Shown in pieces: positions 16,640 to 25,439 of a stretch of DNA of 25,968 bases. The notes under the pieces are model-generated. The model saw nothing but the letters and a program-made list of their open reading frames with translations, ran no database searches and was not told the DNA's origin. The DNA comes from Myxococcota bacterium (GTDB lineage Bacteria > Myxococcota_A > UBA796 > GCA-2862545). Positions within the stretch are counted from its first letter, which is position 1. Each line of letters opens with the position of its first letter. The position numbers and the translations under genes were made by a program. The stretch covers positions 1-25,968 of the forward strand of contig JBCCQY010000132.1 of NCBI GenBank assembly GCA_039208735.1, in the 5' to 3' direction.

Positions 16640-18172
16640 ATGCTTAAGATGTGGATCGCAGCAGCCGGCGTGGGTACGCTCGTGGGCTGCACGGCCGACG
16701 ACGCTCGTGCGCTCATTTCCGTTAGCGAAGAAGCCGCAGGCGAGAACTGCGCCAATGGTGGAACACGCATCGACGTGGGCGTGGATAAGGACGACTCTGA
16801 CTCGCTCGACGCCGCGGAAGTCGATTCGACTTCGTTCGTTTGCAACGGCGAAAGCGGTACGAACGGCGTAAATGGAGAAAACGGGGCCAACGGCGAAGAC
16901 GGGGTCGACGGCCAAGAGGCGCTCGTTGAGATCGAAGCGGTCGACCCAGGTGCCGAATGTCCGTTCGGTGGATTCCGAGTCGAGACCGGCCTCGACGACA
17001 ACGGCGATGGCGTGCTGGACGACAACGAAGTGACGGACCGTCAGCTCGTTTGCGAGAACAACACGGTTCGCATCGCGACATTCAATACGAGCCTCAACCG
17101 GAGTTCGGCGGGCGAACTCATCAAGAACCTGACCGGAACGATGGACCCTCAGGCCCAACAGGTCGCCGAGATCATCCAGACCGTACGGCCCGATGTCCTG
17201 CTCATCAATGAGTTTGACTACGACGCGACGCAGCCCATGATGGCGGCCGACCTATTCCGCACCAACTACCTCGAGATGTCCCAGAACGGGCGGGACCCCA
17301 TCACCTATCCCTATGCGTATGTGGCCCCGTCCAACACGGGCGTGGATTCGGGCGTCGACTTCGATGGCGACGGGAACCTGGGTGGCTTGAACGACGCCTT
17401 CGGGTTCGGCTTCTTCGAGGGCCAATTCGCGATGGTGGTGTTCTCGCGGTACGAAATCGATGTTGCTGCCGTACGGACCTTCCAGACGTTCCGGTGGCAG
17501 GACATGCCCGGCGCGCTGCTCCCCGACGATCCGTCGACCCCTGAGCCCAACGATTACTACAGCACCGAAGCGCTCGACGTGTTCCGGCTTTCGTCGAAGA
17601 GCCACTGGGACGTTCCGATTCAGCTTGGCGACCGCACCGTCCACTTCTTGACGAGCCACCCCACACCACCCGTGTTCGACGGTCCTGAAGACCGCAACGG
17701 CACGCGGAACCACGACGAGATCCGCTTTTGGGTGGACTACGTCGACTCCACCGCTTCGAGCTACATTTACGACGATGTTGGCGTGATGGGCGGCCTTGCC
17801 TCAGGTGAAGCCTTCGTCGTGGCCGGCGACCTAAACTCCGATCCTGCGGACGGTGACTCCGTGCCCGGCGCGGCAAACCAGCTGCTCGACAGCCCCTTCG
17901 TGAATGGTGACAATCCGCCGAGCTCGCTCGGGGGCCCTGAACAGGCTCTGGTGCAGGGCGACATCAACGACGTCCACATCTCGGACCCCGCGTTCGACAC
18001 CGCCGACTTCGGCGATTCGGCCCCCGGAAATTTGCGGGTCGATTACGTCGTGCCGTCAGCGGACCTCGTCGTGGTCGATCAGGGCGTGTTCTGGCCGCCT
18101 TCGACCGACCCGACCTTCCCCTTGGTGGCGTCGTCCGACCACCGTCTCGTCTACATCGACGTGCTGCCCTAG
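16640..18172 (+). CDS. Endonuclease/exonuclease/phosphatase (EEP) family lipoprotein with two N-terminal Cys/Asp repeats and a collagen-like linker
   Basis: Lipobox TLVGC. EEP motifs RIATFN, PDVLLINE, LSSKSHWD, SHPTPPVFDGPEDRNG, GDLNSD, LRVDYV, SDHRLV. Confidence 0.9.
   Translation: MLKMWIAAAGVGTLVGCTADDARALISVSEEAAGENCANGGTRIDVGVDKDDSDSLDAAEVDSTSFVCNGESGTNGVNGENGANGEDGVDGQEALVEIEAVDPGAECPFGGFRVETGLDDNGDGVLDDNEVTDRQLVCENNTVRIATFNTSLNRSSAGELIKNLTGTMDPQAQQVAEIIQTVRPDVLLINEFDYDATQPMMAADLFRTNYLEMSQNGRDPITYPYAYVAPSNTGVDSGVDFDGDGNLGGLNDAFGFGFFEGQFAMVVFSRYEIDVAAVRTFQTFRWQDMPGALLPDDPSTPEPNDYYSTEALDVFRLSSKSHWDVPIQLGDRTVHFLTSHPTPPVFDGPEDRNGTRNHDEIRFWVDYVDSTASSYIYDDVGVMGGLASGEAFVVAGDLNSDPADGDSVPGAANQLLDSPFVNGDNPPSSLGGPEQALVQGDINDVHISDPAFDTADFGDSAPGNLRVDYVVPSADLVVVDQGVFWPPSTDPTFPLVASSDHRLVYIDVLP
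16725..17055 (+). repeat. Two intragenic protein repeats (G..C..GG....G.D...D..LD..EV....VC) flanking a (Gly-X-Y)n linker
   Basis: AAGENCANGGTRIDVGVDKDDSDSLDAAEV...VCNG and DPGAECPFGGFRVETGLDDNGDGVLDDNEV...VCE. Linker GESGTNGVNGENGANGEDGVDGQE. Boundaries are approximate. Confidence 0.8.
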
Positions 18173-18180
18173 TGAGTCGG

Positions 18181-18216
18181 GAGGCTGGACGACCCGTGCT
18201 TTGGTCGTCCCGCCTC
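18181..18216. terminator. Strong intergenic hairpin
   Basis: GAGGC-T-GGACGACC-(8 nt)-GGTCGTCC-C-GCCTC gives 13 bp with one mismatch. No U-tract, so it may be a stabiliser rather than a terminator. Confidence 0.55.
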
Positions 18217-18249
18217 TACGTGGGCTAGGTGGCTTGCGGAGGACGTGCC

Positions 18250-19578
18250 ATGTTCCGTCAGTGGATCCTTGTCATCGGCGTGGTTGCTTGCCGAGCCGCC
18301 CCCACCGTGCCCACCTTTCCCACCACAACGGTGCCCAGTAGCGAGTGTGGCGACGGCGTGATCGGAAAGGGGGAAGTCTGCGACGATGGCGTGAACGACG
18401 GCGCCTACGGAGGTTGTGAGCCGGACTGCACCGCATTGGCTAGCTTCTGTGGCGATGGTGTGAACGACGGTTTGGCCACTGGCGAGGCCTGTGACGATGG
18501 CAACGATGTCGACGGCGATGGCTGCAACAACGACTGCCGCGAGTCCGGACGAACGCTGTGGGTCGATTTCCGCGACAGCTACTTCAGCCCGTTTTCCCTG
18601 GGGCAGATCGCCCTGGGCCCTGCAGGAACCAGCATCGCAGTCGGCACGCAGCGCGAACTGAACGGCCCCACCGTGGGCATCATGCGCCACTATGAAGCCG
18701 ACGGCAGTGAGATTTGGACCGAGATGGTAGAGGGGCCTGCACCCAGTGATCTGGCGCTCTTTCGGATCGTGACCCTTCCCGACGGCTTCGCGGTTGGTGG
18801 AACCATGATGGGCTACCAGCCCTGGGTTTCGCTCGTCGACCCCGTCACCGGAGACCCATCCCCGAGCCTCGCCATCGACTACGATACGGTTTGCGGCACG
18901 GATTACGCAGGCGGCTTCAGCCTCAACGAGCTGGGGGCGGCCAGTCCCAACGGGTTCGTCGCGACCGCAGATGGTGAAGGCGCTGACTGGATGTATGCCT
19001 TCGACCTCCAGGGCAATTGCGTAGCGGCCGAGGTGGTCGAGAACACCGATCAAGTCCTCACGACTCCTTCCGGCAATTCTCTGTTGGCTCTTTCGCGAGG
19101 TTTCAACAAGAGCATCGTGGGCGGGGCGAGCCTTATCGAATACGACTACGACCTCGAGATCGTGGACCGAACCCAGCTGACGGTACCCTTCGGTGCGGTC
19201 ATGACCTACACGCCCGATGGAGGCTTGCTCATCGTATCGGAGCAGTACGGCGCGCCGACCTTCCTGCGGCTCGACGAAACGTTCGCCATCCTGTTCGAAC
19301 GCACCCGCGCCGAGCCCGACGTCACACTGACCCTTCGCGACGTGGACGTCGACACCCTCGGCAACATCGTCGTAGTAGGACGGTCCACCTCCGGAAAGGA
19401 CGAGGCTGCGTTTGTTCGGAAGTACGATGCCGAGACGAACCTTCAGTGGACTCGCGAAATGACGCTTGGCGATAACCCCCGAGGGTGGACCGACGTAGCA
19501 ATCGATGAGGCTGGAGACATCTTGGTGACCGGCGCCGGAGACGACGCCGGAAGCTGGACGATGAAACTCGCAAGATGA
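18250..19578 (+). CDS. Lipoprotein with two Myxococcus-type Cys-rich repeats (DUF4215-like) and a C-terminal beta-propeller-like region
   Basis: Lipobox GVVAC. Repeats CGDGVIGKGEVCDDG...GC..DC and CGDGV...GEACDDGN.VDGDGC.NDC. Propeller blades 'DVDVDTLGNIVVVG' and 'DVAIDEAGDILVTG'. Confidence 0.85.
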   Translation: MFRQWILVIGVVACRAAPTVPTFPTTTVPSSECGDGVIGKGEVCDDGVNDGAYGGCEPDCTALASFCGDGVNDGLATGEACDDGNDVDGDGCNNDCRESGRTLWVDFRDSYFSPFSLGQIALGPAGTSIAVGTQRELNGPTVGIMRHYEADGSEIWTEMVEGPAPSDLALFRIVTLPDGFAVGGTMMGYQPWVSLVDPVTGDPSPSLAIDYDTVCGTDYAGGFSLNELGAASPNGFVATADGEGADWMYAFDLQGNCVAAEVVENTDQVLTTPSGNSLLALSRGFNKSIVGGASLIEYDYDLEIVDRTQLTVPFGAVMTYTPDGGLLIVSEQYGAPTFLRLDETFAILFERTRAEPDVTLTLRDVDVDTLGNIVVVGRSTSGKDEAAFVRKYDAETNLQWTREMTLGDNPRGWTDVAIDEAGDILVTGAGDDAGSWTMKLAR

Positions 19579-19634
19579 TAGGGCGCGGGGGTGCGGCGGG
19601 GGGTTCAAGAGAGGCGTTGGGCTGATCGACCCCC

Positions 19635-20405
19635 ATGCGATATGTCGCGACGATGGATGATTGGCCCAGGGTTTTACGTACGCGCGTGGCCACGTTGTGG
19701 ACGCACGACGAAACCTGCGACGGCCGTGACCTCGTGGTGCCATCGGGTCGGGCCCAGCTCGTCATCGACCTTTGGGGTCGAGGTCATCGTTGGTCGATCG
19801 ATGGCCAAGGGCAGACGTCAGGTCCTGCGGTACTGGGTGGTCCAAGTTCGACGCCGGTCGTCATCGAACGGCGACCTGGACCGCTCCTCGGCATTGTGTT
19901 TCATCCGACCGGGCTACGCCCCTTCCTCGATCGCCCGGTCGGCGAAGTCGCGGACCAACACCTCGACCTTGGCGAAGTTGTTCCGTGGGCCGAACAGCTT
20001 GTGGACGCAGCATGCGCAGCTCACCCGACCCAACGGTTCAAAGCCGTGCTCGACGTGCTCGCTCCTCGCGCGACGCCGGCAGATTCTGGCTTGGTCGAAC
20101 TGGTCGCCCACGCCACAACCGCGAGGGTTCGCGACGTTGCGGATGAGGCCGGCCTGTCCACGCGGCAGCTCCGAGACCTGTTTGCGGAACATGTCGGCCT
20201 GTCCCCCAAACGATGGTCTCGCGTCCGGCGTATTGCTCGTTCCTTGGTTGGATTACGCCAGTCGGATGACTTTGGAGCCCTCGCCCACCAACTCGGCTTC
20301 TACGACCATGCCCACTTCACCCGTGACTTTTCCGCGGTCGTGGGTCGGACCCCGTCCGAATGGCGTGCCACCATGGGACCTTGGGACACTCACCTGCCGT
20401 TGTGA
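19635..20405 (+). CDS. AraC-family regulator (DUF6597-type N-terminus)
   Basis: 'VADEAGLSTRQLRDLFAEHVGLSPK' and 'LAHQLGFYDHAHFTRDFSAVVGRTP'. Confidence 0.92.
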   Translation: MRYVATMDDWPRVLRTRVATLWTHDETCDGRDLVVPSGRAQLVIDLWGRGHRWSIDGQGQTSGPAVLGGPSSTPVVIERRPGPLLGIVFHPTGLRPFLDRPVGEVADQHLDLGEVVPWAEQLVDAACAAHPTQRFKAVLDVLAPRATPADSGLVELVAHATTARVRDVADEAGLSTRQLRDLFAEHVGLSPKRWSRVRRIARSLVGLRQSDDFGALAHQLGFYDHAHFTRDFSAVVGRTPSEWRATMGPWDTHLPL

Positions 20406-20420
20406 TCCGATTTCTACAAG
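20406..20420 (+). promoter_or_regulatory. Possible binding site for the AraC regulator upstream of the VOC gene
   Basis: TCCGATTTCTACAAG lies immediately after the AraC stop. It resembles a motif I recall at this position after this regulator subfamily; not verified. Confidence 0.4.
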
Positions 20421-20467
20421 CGCCTCGCGCCAGAGCGCGCGACGTCGGGAAACCACTCGGAGGTGCT

Positions 20468-20890
20468 ATGCCTGTTCTGACCCCTCGTCTCGTCGTCCGC
20501 GATGCCCGCGCGGCCCAAGCGCTGTACGCGCAGGTCTTCGGAGGTTCTGTGGGCCCCTTGCTCGCAACCCCCGATGGCCAAGTGGCTCACGCGGAAGTCA
20601 CGATTGGCGATGTGACGTTTTCCCTCACCGAGTTCGATCTCGCTCCCGTCAAAGAAGCGTCTTCGGGAATCCTGCTTCACCTGGAGTGCGACGACCCGGA
20701 CGCGACGGCTGCGGCGCTCGTCGAGCAAGGCGGTGAGGTTCTGATTCCGATTGCCGATCAGTTCTACGGCAAGCGTGAGGGCCGCGTCCGCGACCCCTTT
20801 GGGCATGCCTGGATCCTCTCGCGCGAAGTCGAGGCCCTCTCGATGGAGGAGCTCGAGCGTCGCACCGCAGCTTGGGGCAGCGAAGGCTGA
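20468..20890 (+). CDS. VOC/glyoxalase (PhnB-like) family protein
   Basis: GGAGG RBS. Motifs 'LTPRLVVRDA..A..LY..VFG', 'HAEVTIGD' and 'DQFYGKREGRVRDPFGH.W'. Confidence 0.92.
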   Translation: MPVLTPRLVVRDARAAQALYAQVFGGSVGPLLATPDGQVAHAEVTIGDVTFSLTEFDLAPVKEASSGILLHLECDDPDATAAALVEQGGEVLIPIADQFYGKREGRVRDPFGHAWILSREVEALSMEELERRTAAWGSEG

Positions 20891-20921
20891 ACGCCACCTC
20901 GCGCCTCCGTTCTGGCACGAG

Positions 20922-20959
20922 TTGACACCGCGAGATGGAATTACTACATATGTGAAGTA
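20922..20959 (+). promoter_or_regulatory. Sigma70-like promoter overlapped by a probable MarR operator
   Basis: TTGACA at 20922-20927, then 17 nt, then TACATA. The imperfect palindrome TACTACATATGTGAAGTA (20942-20959, 14/18 symmetric) covers the -10 region. Confidence 0.65.
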
Positions 20960-20975
20960 TCTTGAGGGTCGTGGC

Positions 20976-21428
20976 ATGACGGAACCCGACGAGCTGTACT
21001 ACTGGATCCAAGTCTGCAGTACGCAGCTCCGACGCCGTGCCAACGCTGCGCTCACCGAAGTCGTAGACCTCACCGCGACCCAACTGGGCGCTCTGTTCAT
21101 CATTCATGAACAACAAGCCTGCCTCCTCAAGGAGCTTGCCGAGGCCTTGCACGTCAATGGCTCTGCGATCACGACGCTCGCATCCCGACTGGAGCAACGA
21201 AAGCTGGTCGTTCGCGAACGCTCCCCCGAGGACGGCCGTGCGTACCAACTCACGCTGACCGATGCAGGACGGAACGCCGTTGAGCGGGCAAAACCAAGAC
21301 TGAAGGCCATGAACTACTGGCTCCGGGAAGGATTTACGCCCGACGAGCTTGCCGTCGTGCTCCGGTTTCTCACCACCACTGTGGAACGCGCGGCGTCTCC
21401 ACTCGCTTTGGGGGACTCCCATGAGTGA
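20976..21428 (+). CDS. MarR-family transcriptional regulator
   Basis: 'DLTATQLGALFII...LKELAEALHV..SAITTLASRLEQRKLV.R.RS.EDGR....LT.AG'. Confidence 0.93.
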   Translation: MTEPDELYYWIQVCSTQLRRRANAALTEVVDLTATQLGALFIIHEQQACLLKELAEALHVNGSAITTLASRLEQRKLVVRERSPEDGRAYQLTLTDAGRNAVERAKPRLKAMNYWLREGFTPDELAVVLRFLTTTVERAASPLALGDSHE

Positions 21429-22188
21429 ACACATGTCGGTCCGCACCGACGGCGGTGTGCTGCATGTGCAGTTCGACCGACCTGAAAAGCGCAATGCGCT
21501 GACCCAGGCCATGTACGCCACCGTCAACGAAGCCCTCACGCAGGCCTCGAACGATGAACACTGTCGCGTGGTGGTGCTGTCAGGGAGCGAAACCTGCTTT
21601 ACCGCAGGCAATGACGTCAAGGACTTCATGGCCGGAGGGGTGTCTGCGGACAGCCCGGTGGCACAGTTCCTCCAACTCCTCTCGACGTTCGAAAAGCCGT
21701 TGGTCGCCGCGGTTGCCGGGCCGGCCGTTGGGGTGGGCACCACGATGCTCTTTCATTGCGACCTGGTCTACGCGACCGCCGATGCCAAGCTCAAGACTCC
21801 GTTCGTGGACCTCGCCTTGGTTCCCGAAGCCGCGTCCAGCCTGCTGATGACCATGTACCTGGGATACCAACGTGCGGCGGGCATGTTGATGCTCGGCGAG
21901 GTGCTCTCGGCGACCGATGCCTACGCAGCCGGCTTGGTCAACCAGATCATTCCTCAGGGCGAACTCCTCGCCACAGCCTTGCAAAAGGCCCAGCAACTGG
22001 CCAGCCGCCCCCCCGCGGCGGTTCGCCTGACCAAGGCGCTCATGCGAAAGACGCACCGCGAGGCGGTAGCCGAACGCCTCACTGAAGAGGGCCAGCTCTT
22101 CTTTGAGCGCCTTGGTTCGCCCGAGGCCATGGAAGCGTTCACCGCGTTCATGGAACAGCGCAAACCAGACTTTTCGAGCTTCACCTAG
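21421..22188 (+). CDS. Enoyl-CoA hydratase/isomerase (crotonase family)
   Basis: 'RPEKRNAL', 'FTAGND', 'KPLVAAVAGPAVGVG.TML.HCD', 'PFVDLALVPEAASS'. Overlaps the MarR stop by 8 nt. Confidence 0.95.
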   Translation: MSEHMSVRTDGGVLHVQFDRPEKRNALTQAMYATVNEALTQASNDEHCRVVVLSGSETCFTAGNDVKDFMAGGVSADSPVAQFLQLLSTFEKPLVAAVAGPAVGVGTTMLFHCDLVYATADAKLKTPFVDLALVPEAASSLLMTMYLGYQRAAGMLMLGEVLSATDAYAAGLVNQIIPQGELLATALQKAQQLASRPPAAVRLTKALMRKTHREAVAERLTEEGQLFFERLGSPEAMEAFTAFMEQRKPDFSSFT

Positions 22189-22196
22189 GAGAGCCC

Positions 22197-23069
22197 ATGT
22201 CGCTCAACAACAAAACGCTGTTCATTACCGGAGCAAGCCGGGGCATCGGCCTTTCGATCGCCAAGCGCTGTGCGGCTGACGGGGCAAACATCGTCATCGC
22301 CGCCAAGACGGCGGAACCCCACCCTCGGTTGGAGGGCACCATCTTCACTGCCGCCGAGGCCGTTGAAGCGGCCGGAGGCAAAGCCCTCCCTGTCGTTTGT
22401 GACATCCGTGACGAAGCGGCCGTGGAGGCCGCGGTCGCCAAAGCGGCGGAGACGTTTGGCGGCATTGACATCGTCGTCAACAATGCCTCTGCGATCTTCC
22501 CGAGGCCGACCGCCGCGACGCCCATCAAACGTTGGGACCTCATGCACCAAGTCAACGCACGCGGCACGTTTCTCGTCACGCAAAAGTGCCTTCCATACCT
22601 CGAAAAGTCGGACAATCCCCACATCCTTGCGATGTCGCCGCCCCTCGACATGCGAGCGAAGTGGTTTGGGCCGCATGTGGCCTACACCAGCGCGAAGTAC
22701 GGCATGAGCCTCTGCGTCTTGGGTTGGTCGTCCGAGTTTGCCGGCAAGATCGCGGCCAATGCACTCTGGCCGCGTACGGCCATCGCCACGGCCGCCATCG
22801 CGAATGTGCTCGCGGGTGAGGCGGCGTTCAAACAGTGCCGGAAGCCCGAAATCCTCGCGGACGCGGCGTACCTCATCCTGACGAAGCCCGCGGCCTCCTT
22901 CACTGGAAACTTCCTCATCGACGACACGTTCCTGGCCGAGGAAGGGGTCACCGACTTCGATCAATACTCAGTCGAACCTGGCCAAGCGTTGCTGCCCGAC
23001 TTCTTCGTGCCCGACGATATCGAACCGCCACCCGGCGTTTCGGTCTCTTCGATCTCGTTGACTGGCTGA
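22197..23069 (+). CDS. SDR oxidoreductase (HSDL2/YciK-like)
   Basis: TGASRGIG, 'AAKTAEPHPRLEGTI', NNASA, YTSAK, 'NALWPRTAIATAA'. Confidence 0.95.
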   Translation: MSLNNKTLFITGASRGIGLSIAKRCAADGANIVIAAKTAEPHPRLEGTIFTAAEAVEAAGGKALPVVCDIRDEAAVEAAVAKAAETFGGIDIVVNNASAIFPRPTAATPIKRWDLMHQVNARGTFLVTQKCLPYLEKSDNPHILAMSPPLDMRAKWFGPHVAYTSAKYGMSLCVLGWSSEFAGKIAANALWPRTAIATAAIANVLAGEAAFKQCRKPEILADAAYLILTKPAASFTGNFLIDDTFLAEEGVTDFDQYSVEPGQALLPDFFVPDDIEPPPGVSVSSISLTG

Positions 23070-23107
23070 GCAACCCGAAGACCGTGCCACTTGGTACACT
23101 TCGGGCC

Positions 23108-23257
23108 ATGCCGATCCCTCCCTCTGGTACTCGCCCGCCCGAGCTACTTCCCACCTTATTGGGGCGATCCACGCTTGAGGAACGCGTCGGTGAGGGCGGT
23201 GCGGGAGTCGTCTACCGGGCCACCCTGCACGGACCAGCCGGATTTCGTATCGAAGTG
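23108..23257 (+). pseudogene. N-terminal remnant of a Hanks-type Ser/Thr kinase
   Basis: 'LGRSTLEERVGEGGAGVVYRATLHGPAGFRIEV' is the Gly-rich loop of subdomain I. Similarity stops before the VAIK lysine. Confidence 0.75.
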
Positions 23258-23315
23258 TCGAAGCTTCTCGATACGCTCGATCACAGAGCGCTTCGGGATC
23301 TGCTGTGCCAACGGG

Positions 23316-23429
23316 TACGACTTCGTTCATGACATCTGTGCCGACGGGCGACGGCTCAAATGCCTCACCGTCGTGGACGAGTGCACGCGGGAGGCACTGG
23401 CGATCGACGTAGCAGGCCGGCTCCGTTCG
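23316..23429 (+). mobile_element. IS3-family transposase fragment (start of the DDE integrase core)
   Basis: 'YDFVHDICADGRRLKCLTVVDECTREALAIDVAGRLRS'. Confidence 0.85.
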
Positions 23430-23459
23430 TTCGGTATTGTAGTGCATTCGCCACCTCGA
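23427..23459 (-). mobile_element. IS3-family transposase C-terminal micro-fragment, inverted
   Basis: The minus strand reads 'RWRMHYNTER', matching the IS3 WR.HYN..RPH motif. Very short. Confidence 0.55.
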
Positions 23460-23621
23460 GCCCCCGGGACGTCCCCATTCAAGTCTCGGCGATCTCACCC
23501 CGGTCCAGTTTCAACAACAGCTCTCGGAGAAGCGAGAGTCATTTCCTTCGCAGGACGAGTGATTCGGGTTTCGAATGGCCTGAAAAACGTGGGCAGGTCA
23601 ATGGACCGGCGCAATCACAAC

Positions 23622-24206
23622 TTACACAGTTGTAACCAGCACCCAATTGACATTGACTTCTAGTATTTGCTCCTCTAGAACATGAATAGAACTTCTGCGC
23701 CAAATTTCTGGAGATGTCAGTAGATAATCGGGTCCTATGAACTCTACCCCGGTTGCAAGTGCTACGGCTGCTTCGGGGCGACCCTCCACGATGCCCCGAG
23801 TATCACATCCCAACAGGACGGGATGGTCATGCCCGTTCTCAATTGCGTTGGATACGAACTGCCCAACCACGGCGGTGTGCAACGTCCAGAACTCGCCTGG
23901 TCCAAGGAGGCTGAGATTCATGGATAGTCCAAGCCCCGGGAAGATGGTTACATACAAAGGAAGCTGCATACCTATCCATTGCATTTGAAAGATGTGTGAG
24001 CGGTAATACAGAGCGCATACTTCGCTCCAGGGCAAGACATCCATTTGGCCTTCATCAGGGCCCGTTAAGAAATTTACGACAAATTCGCCGTTGCTGGTCT
24101 GATACCACTCCAAACCAAGCAGCCTGGGCAAGCATTGAACACCAGCAGTCGTCGCTGAGGGGGCACCGAAAACCCAATATTCCGCGGGATCTTTCGGTTG
24201 ATGCAT
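23622..24206 (-). CDS. Low-GC orphan hypothetical protein
   Basis: Open frame 23622-24263. ATG 24206 has AGGA upstream (alternative start 24263). Locally AT-rich, e.g. 24/60 G+C in 23641-23700. Confidence 0.6.
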   Translation of the reverse strand: MHQPKDPAEYWVFGAPSATTAGVQCLPRLLGLEWYQTSNGEFVVNFLTGPDEGQMDVLPWSEVCALYYRSHIFQMQWIGMQLPLYVTIFPGLGLSMNLSLLGPGEFWTLHTAVVGQFVSNAIENGHDHPVLLGCDTRGIVEGRPEAAVALATGVEFIGPDYLLTSPEIWRRSSIHVLEEQILEVNVNWVLVTTV

Positions 24207-24220
24207 CCAGATCCTGCTGC

Positions 24221-24530
24221 TCAGAATCTGCTGTTGGAGCCTTCCCGTGGATACGTTGTCCATAAAGATGTTCTAGTCTCATTCCATTGAAAGGTCTTGA
24301 CGAACTCGGATCCAAGCTTATCCCTGGCTTCATCGAGAAAGTCTTCTGGTGTGGGTCCTGTCCGAGCGCTCGAGCACCTCGTTGACCGCGGCGGCCCTCT
24401 TCCCAGCCTTGATCGATGAAGCGATTGTCCAGCTCTGGGACCATGGAATCCCGTTTCTCCCGGAGTGCTGTGCGGGTGACAAAGGACATGATGCGCAGTC
24501 CAATCGGGAGCATCTGCTCGAACTCCGTGC
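24221..24530 (-). pseudogene. Degraded or mosaic gene remnants
   Basis: Protein-like pieces occur in three frames: 'EQMLPIG...FIDQGWEEG', 'RAAAVNEVLE' and 'PEDFLDEARDKLGSEFVKTFQWNE...SRF*'. Confidence 0.35.
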
Positions 24531-24561
24531 ATGGTCGGCCCCTAACGTGTGACCCTTTTGG

Positions 24562-25320
24562 TCACCCCTCGATCTGCGGAGGGGAACAAAGCTCCTGCCG
24601 GTGCGCTGGCTCGGCCGCATACCGAATCAGCGCTTGCACGAACCGAACCGGATCCACGCCATACTGCCAGGGCATCCACATCAGATCGGCCCCCGACCAC
24701 GCGCGGGAACGACGAAACTGTCGCGCCAACCCTTCGCGAAACGGTTCGACAGGTTCGCCACGCAGCGCCTCTACGGAGTCCAGAACGCGTGCTTCGTCAT
24801 TCAGAAAGACCGATACGGTGAAGTGGTCGTTCGTGCGTCCGCCCCCCACCTCGAGGTCATCCCACAAAATGCAGTACCGAAAGCGTCGCTGGATCAGCCA
24901 CAGTCCCTCGGGCTCGAAGCGTAGGGCGGGGGCATCGAGGCCCCGGACCAAAAGCCCCGCCAAGCCAATGCCAACGATGGCGATGAACCCGCTGAGGAAC
25001 GCATAGATCGGCGAAATCGCCCATCCGCCATAGACCCCCAGCCCCCCAACCACGATCAGTGCGATCGACATCCACCAAAGCGGTCCGCGACGAACCTGGA
25101 GCGTCACACCACCCGCGACCTCAACGTCAGCGGGACGACGTAGACTCGCCCGTTCTGCCCGTTCGCGAACGATCATCACGATGGCAATGGCCGCACAAAG
25201 ACCAAAGAACGAACCGGTCGCCAAGGATTGCGGCACCTTCGAAGGGTCATCGAGCGCAATGACGATGCTGATGGCGACGAACAACAATCCAACGACCAGC
25301 GTGTACCACATCATGCCCAC
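24562..25320 (-). CDS. Hypothetical membrane protein (4 TM plus a PH-like C-terminal domain)
   Basis: Four hydrophobic segments, then 'PALRFEPEGL.....ILWDDL'. Start at 25320, 25314 or 25311. Confidence 0.75.
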   Translation of the reverse strand: MGMMWYTLVVGLLFVAISIVIALDDPSKVPQSLATGSFFGLCAAIAIVMIVRERAERASLRRPADVEVAGGVTLQVRRGPLWWMSIALIVVGGLGVYGGWAISPIYAFLSGFIAIVGIGLAGLLVRGLDAPALRFEPEGLWLIQRRFRYCILWDDLEVGGGRTNDHFTVSVFLNDEARVLDSVEALRGEPVEPFREGLARQFRRSRAWSGADLMWMPWQYGVDPVRFVQALIRYAAEPAHRQELCSPPQIEG

Positions 25321-25439
25321 ACCTAGCGCTTCGGAGCCCTATCGGGGGCCGGCCGCCGATTAAGCCGAGTTATGCGGCGAATAATCTGGTCCCCGCCTAC
25401 CTGTCTTTCACGGCCGAGGCGGCCGCAAGGGAGGTCGGG

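Noticed and set aside
18169..19743. 524-aa antisense ORF (also 20649-21743, 22185-22964, 16196-17158, 10481-11665)
   Set aside because: These are shadow ORFs opposite well-supported genes, expected from GC-rich codon bias, and they carry no motifs.
23250..23310. Minus-strand 'IPKRSVIERIEKLRHF', reminiscent of an IS5-family C-terminus
   Set aside because: Too short and gapped to support without a search.
24549..24565. Hairpin GTGACC-CTTTT-GGTCAC
   Set aside because: A 6-bp stem overlapping a stop codon with no U-tract; could be chance.
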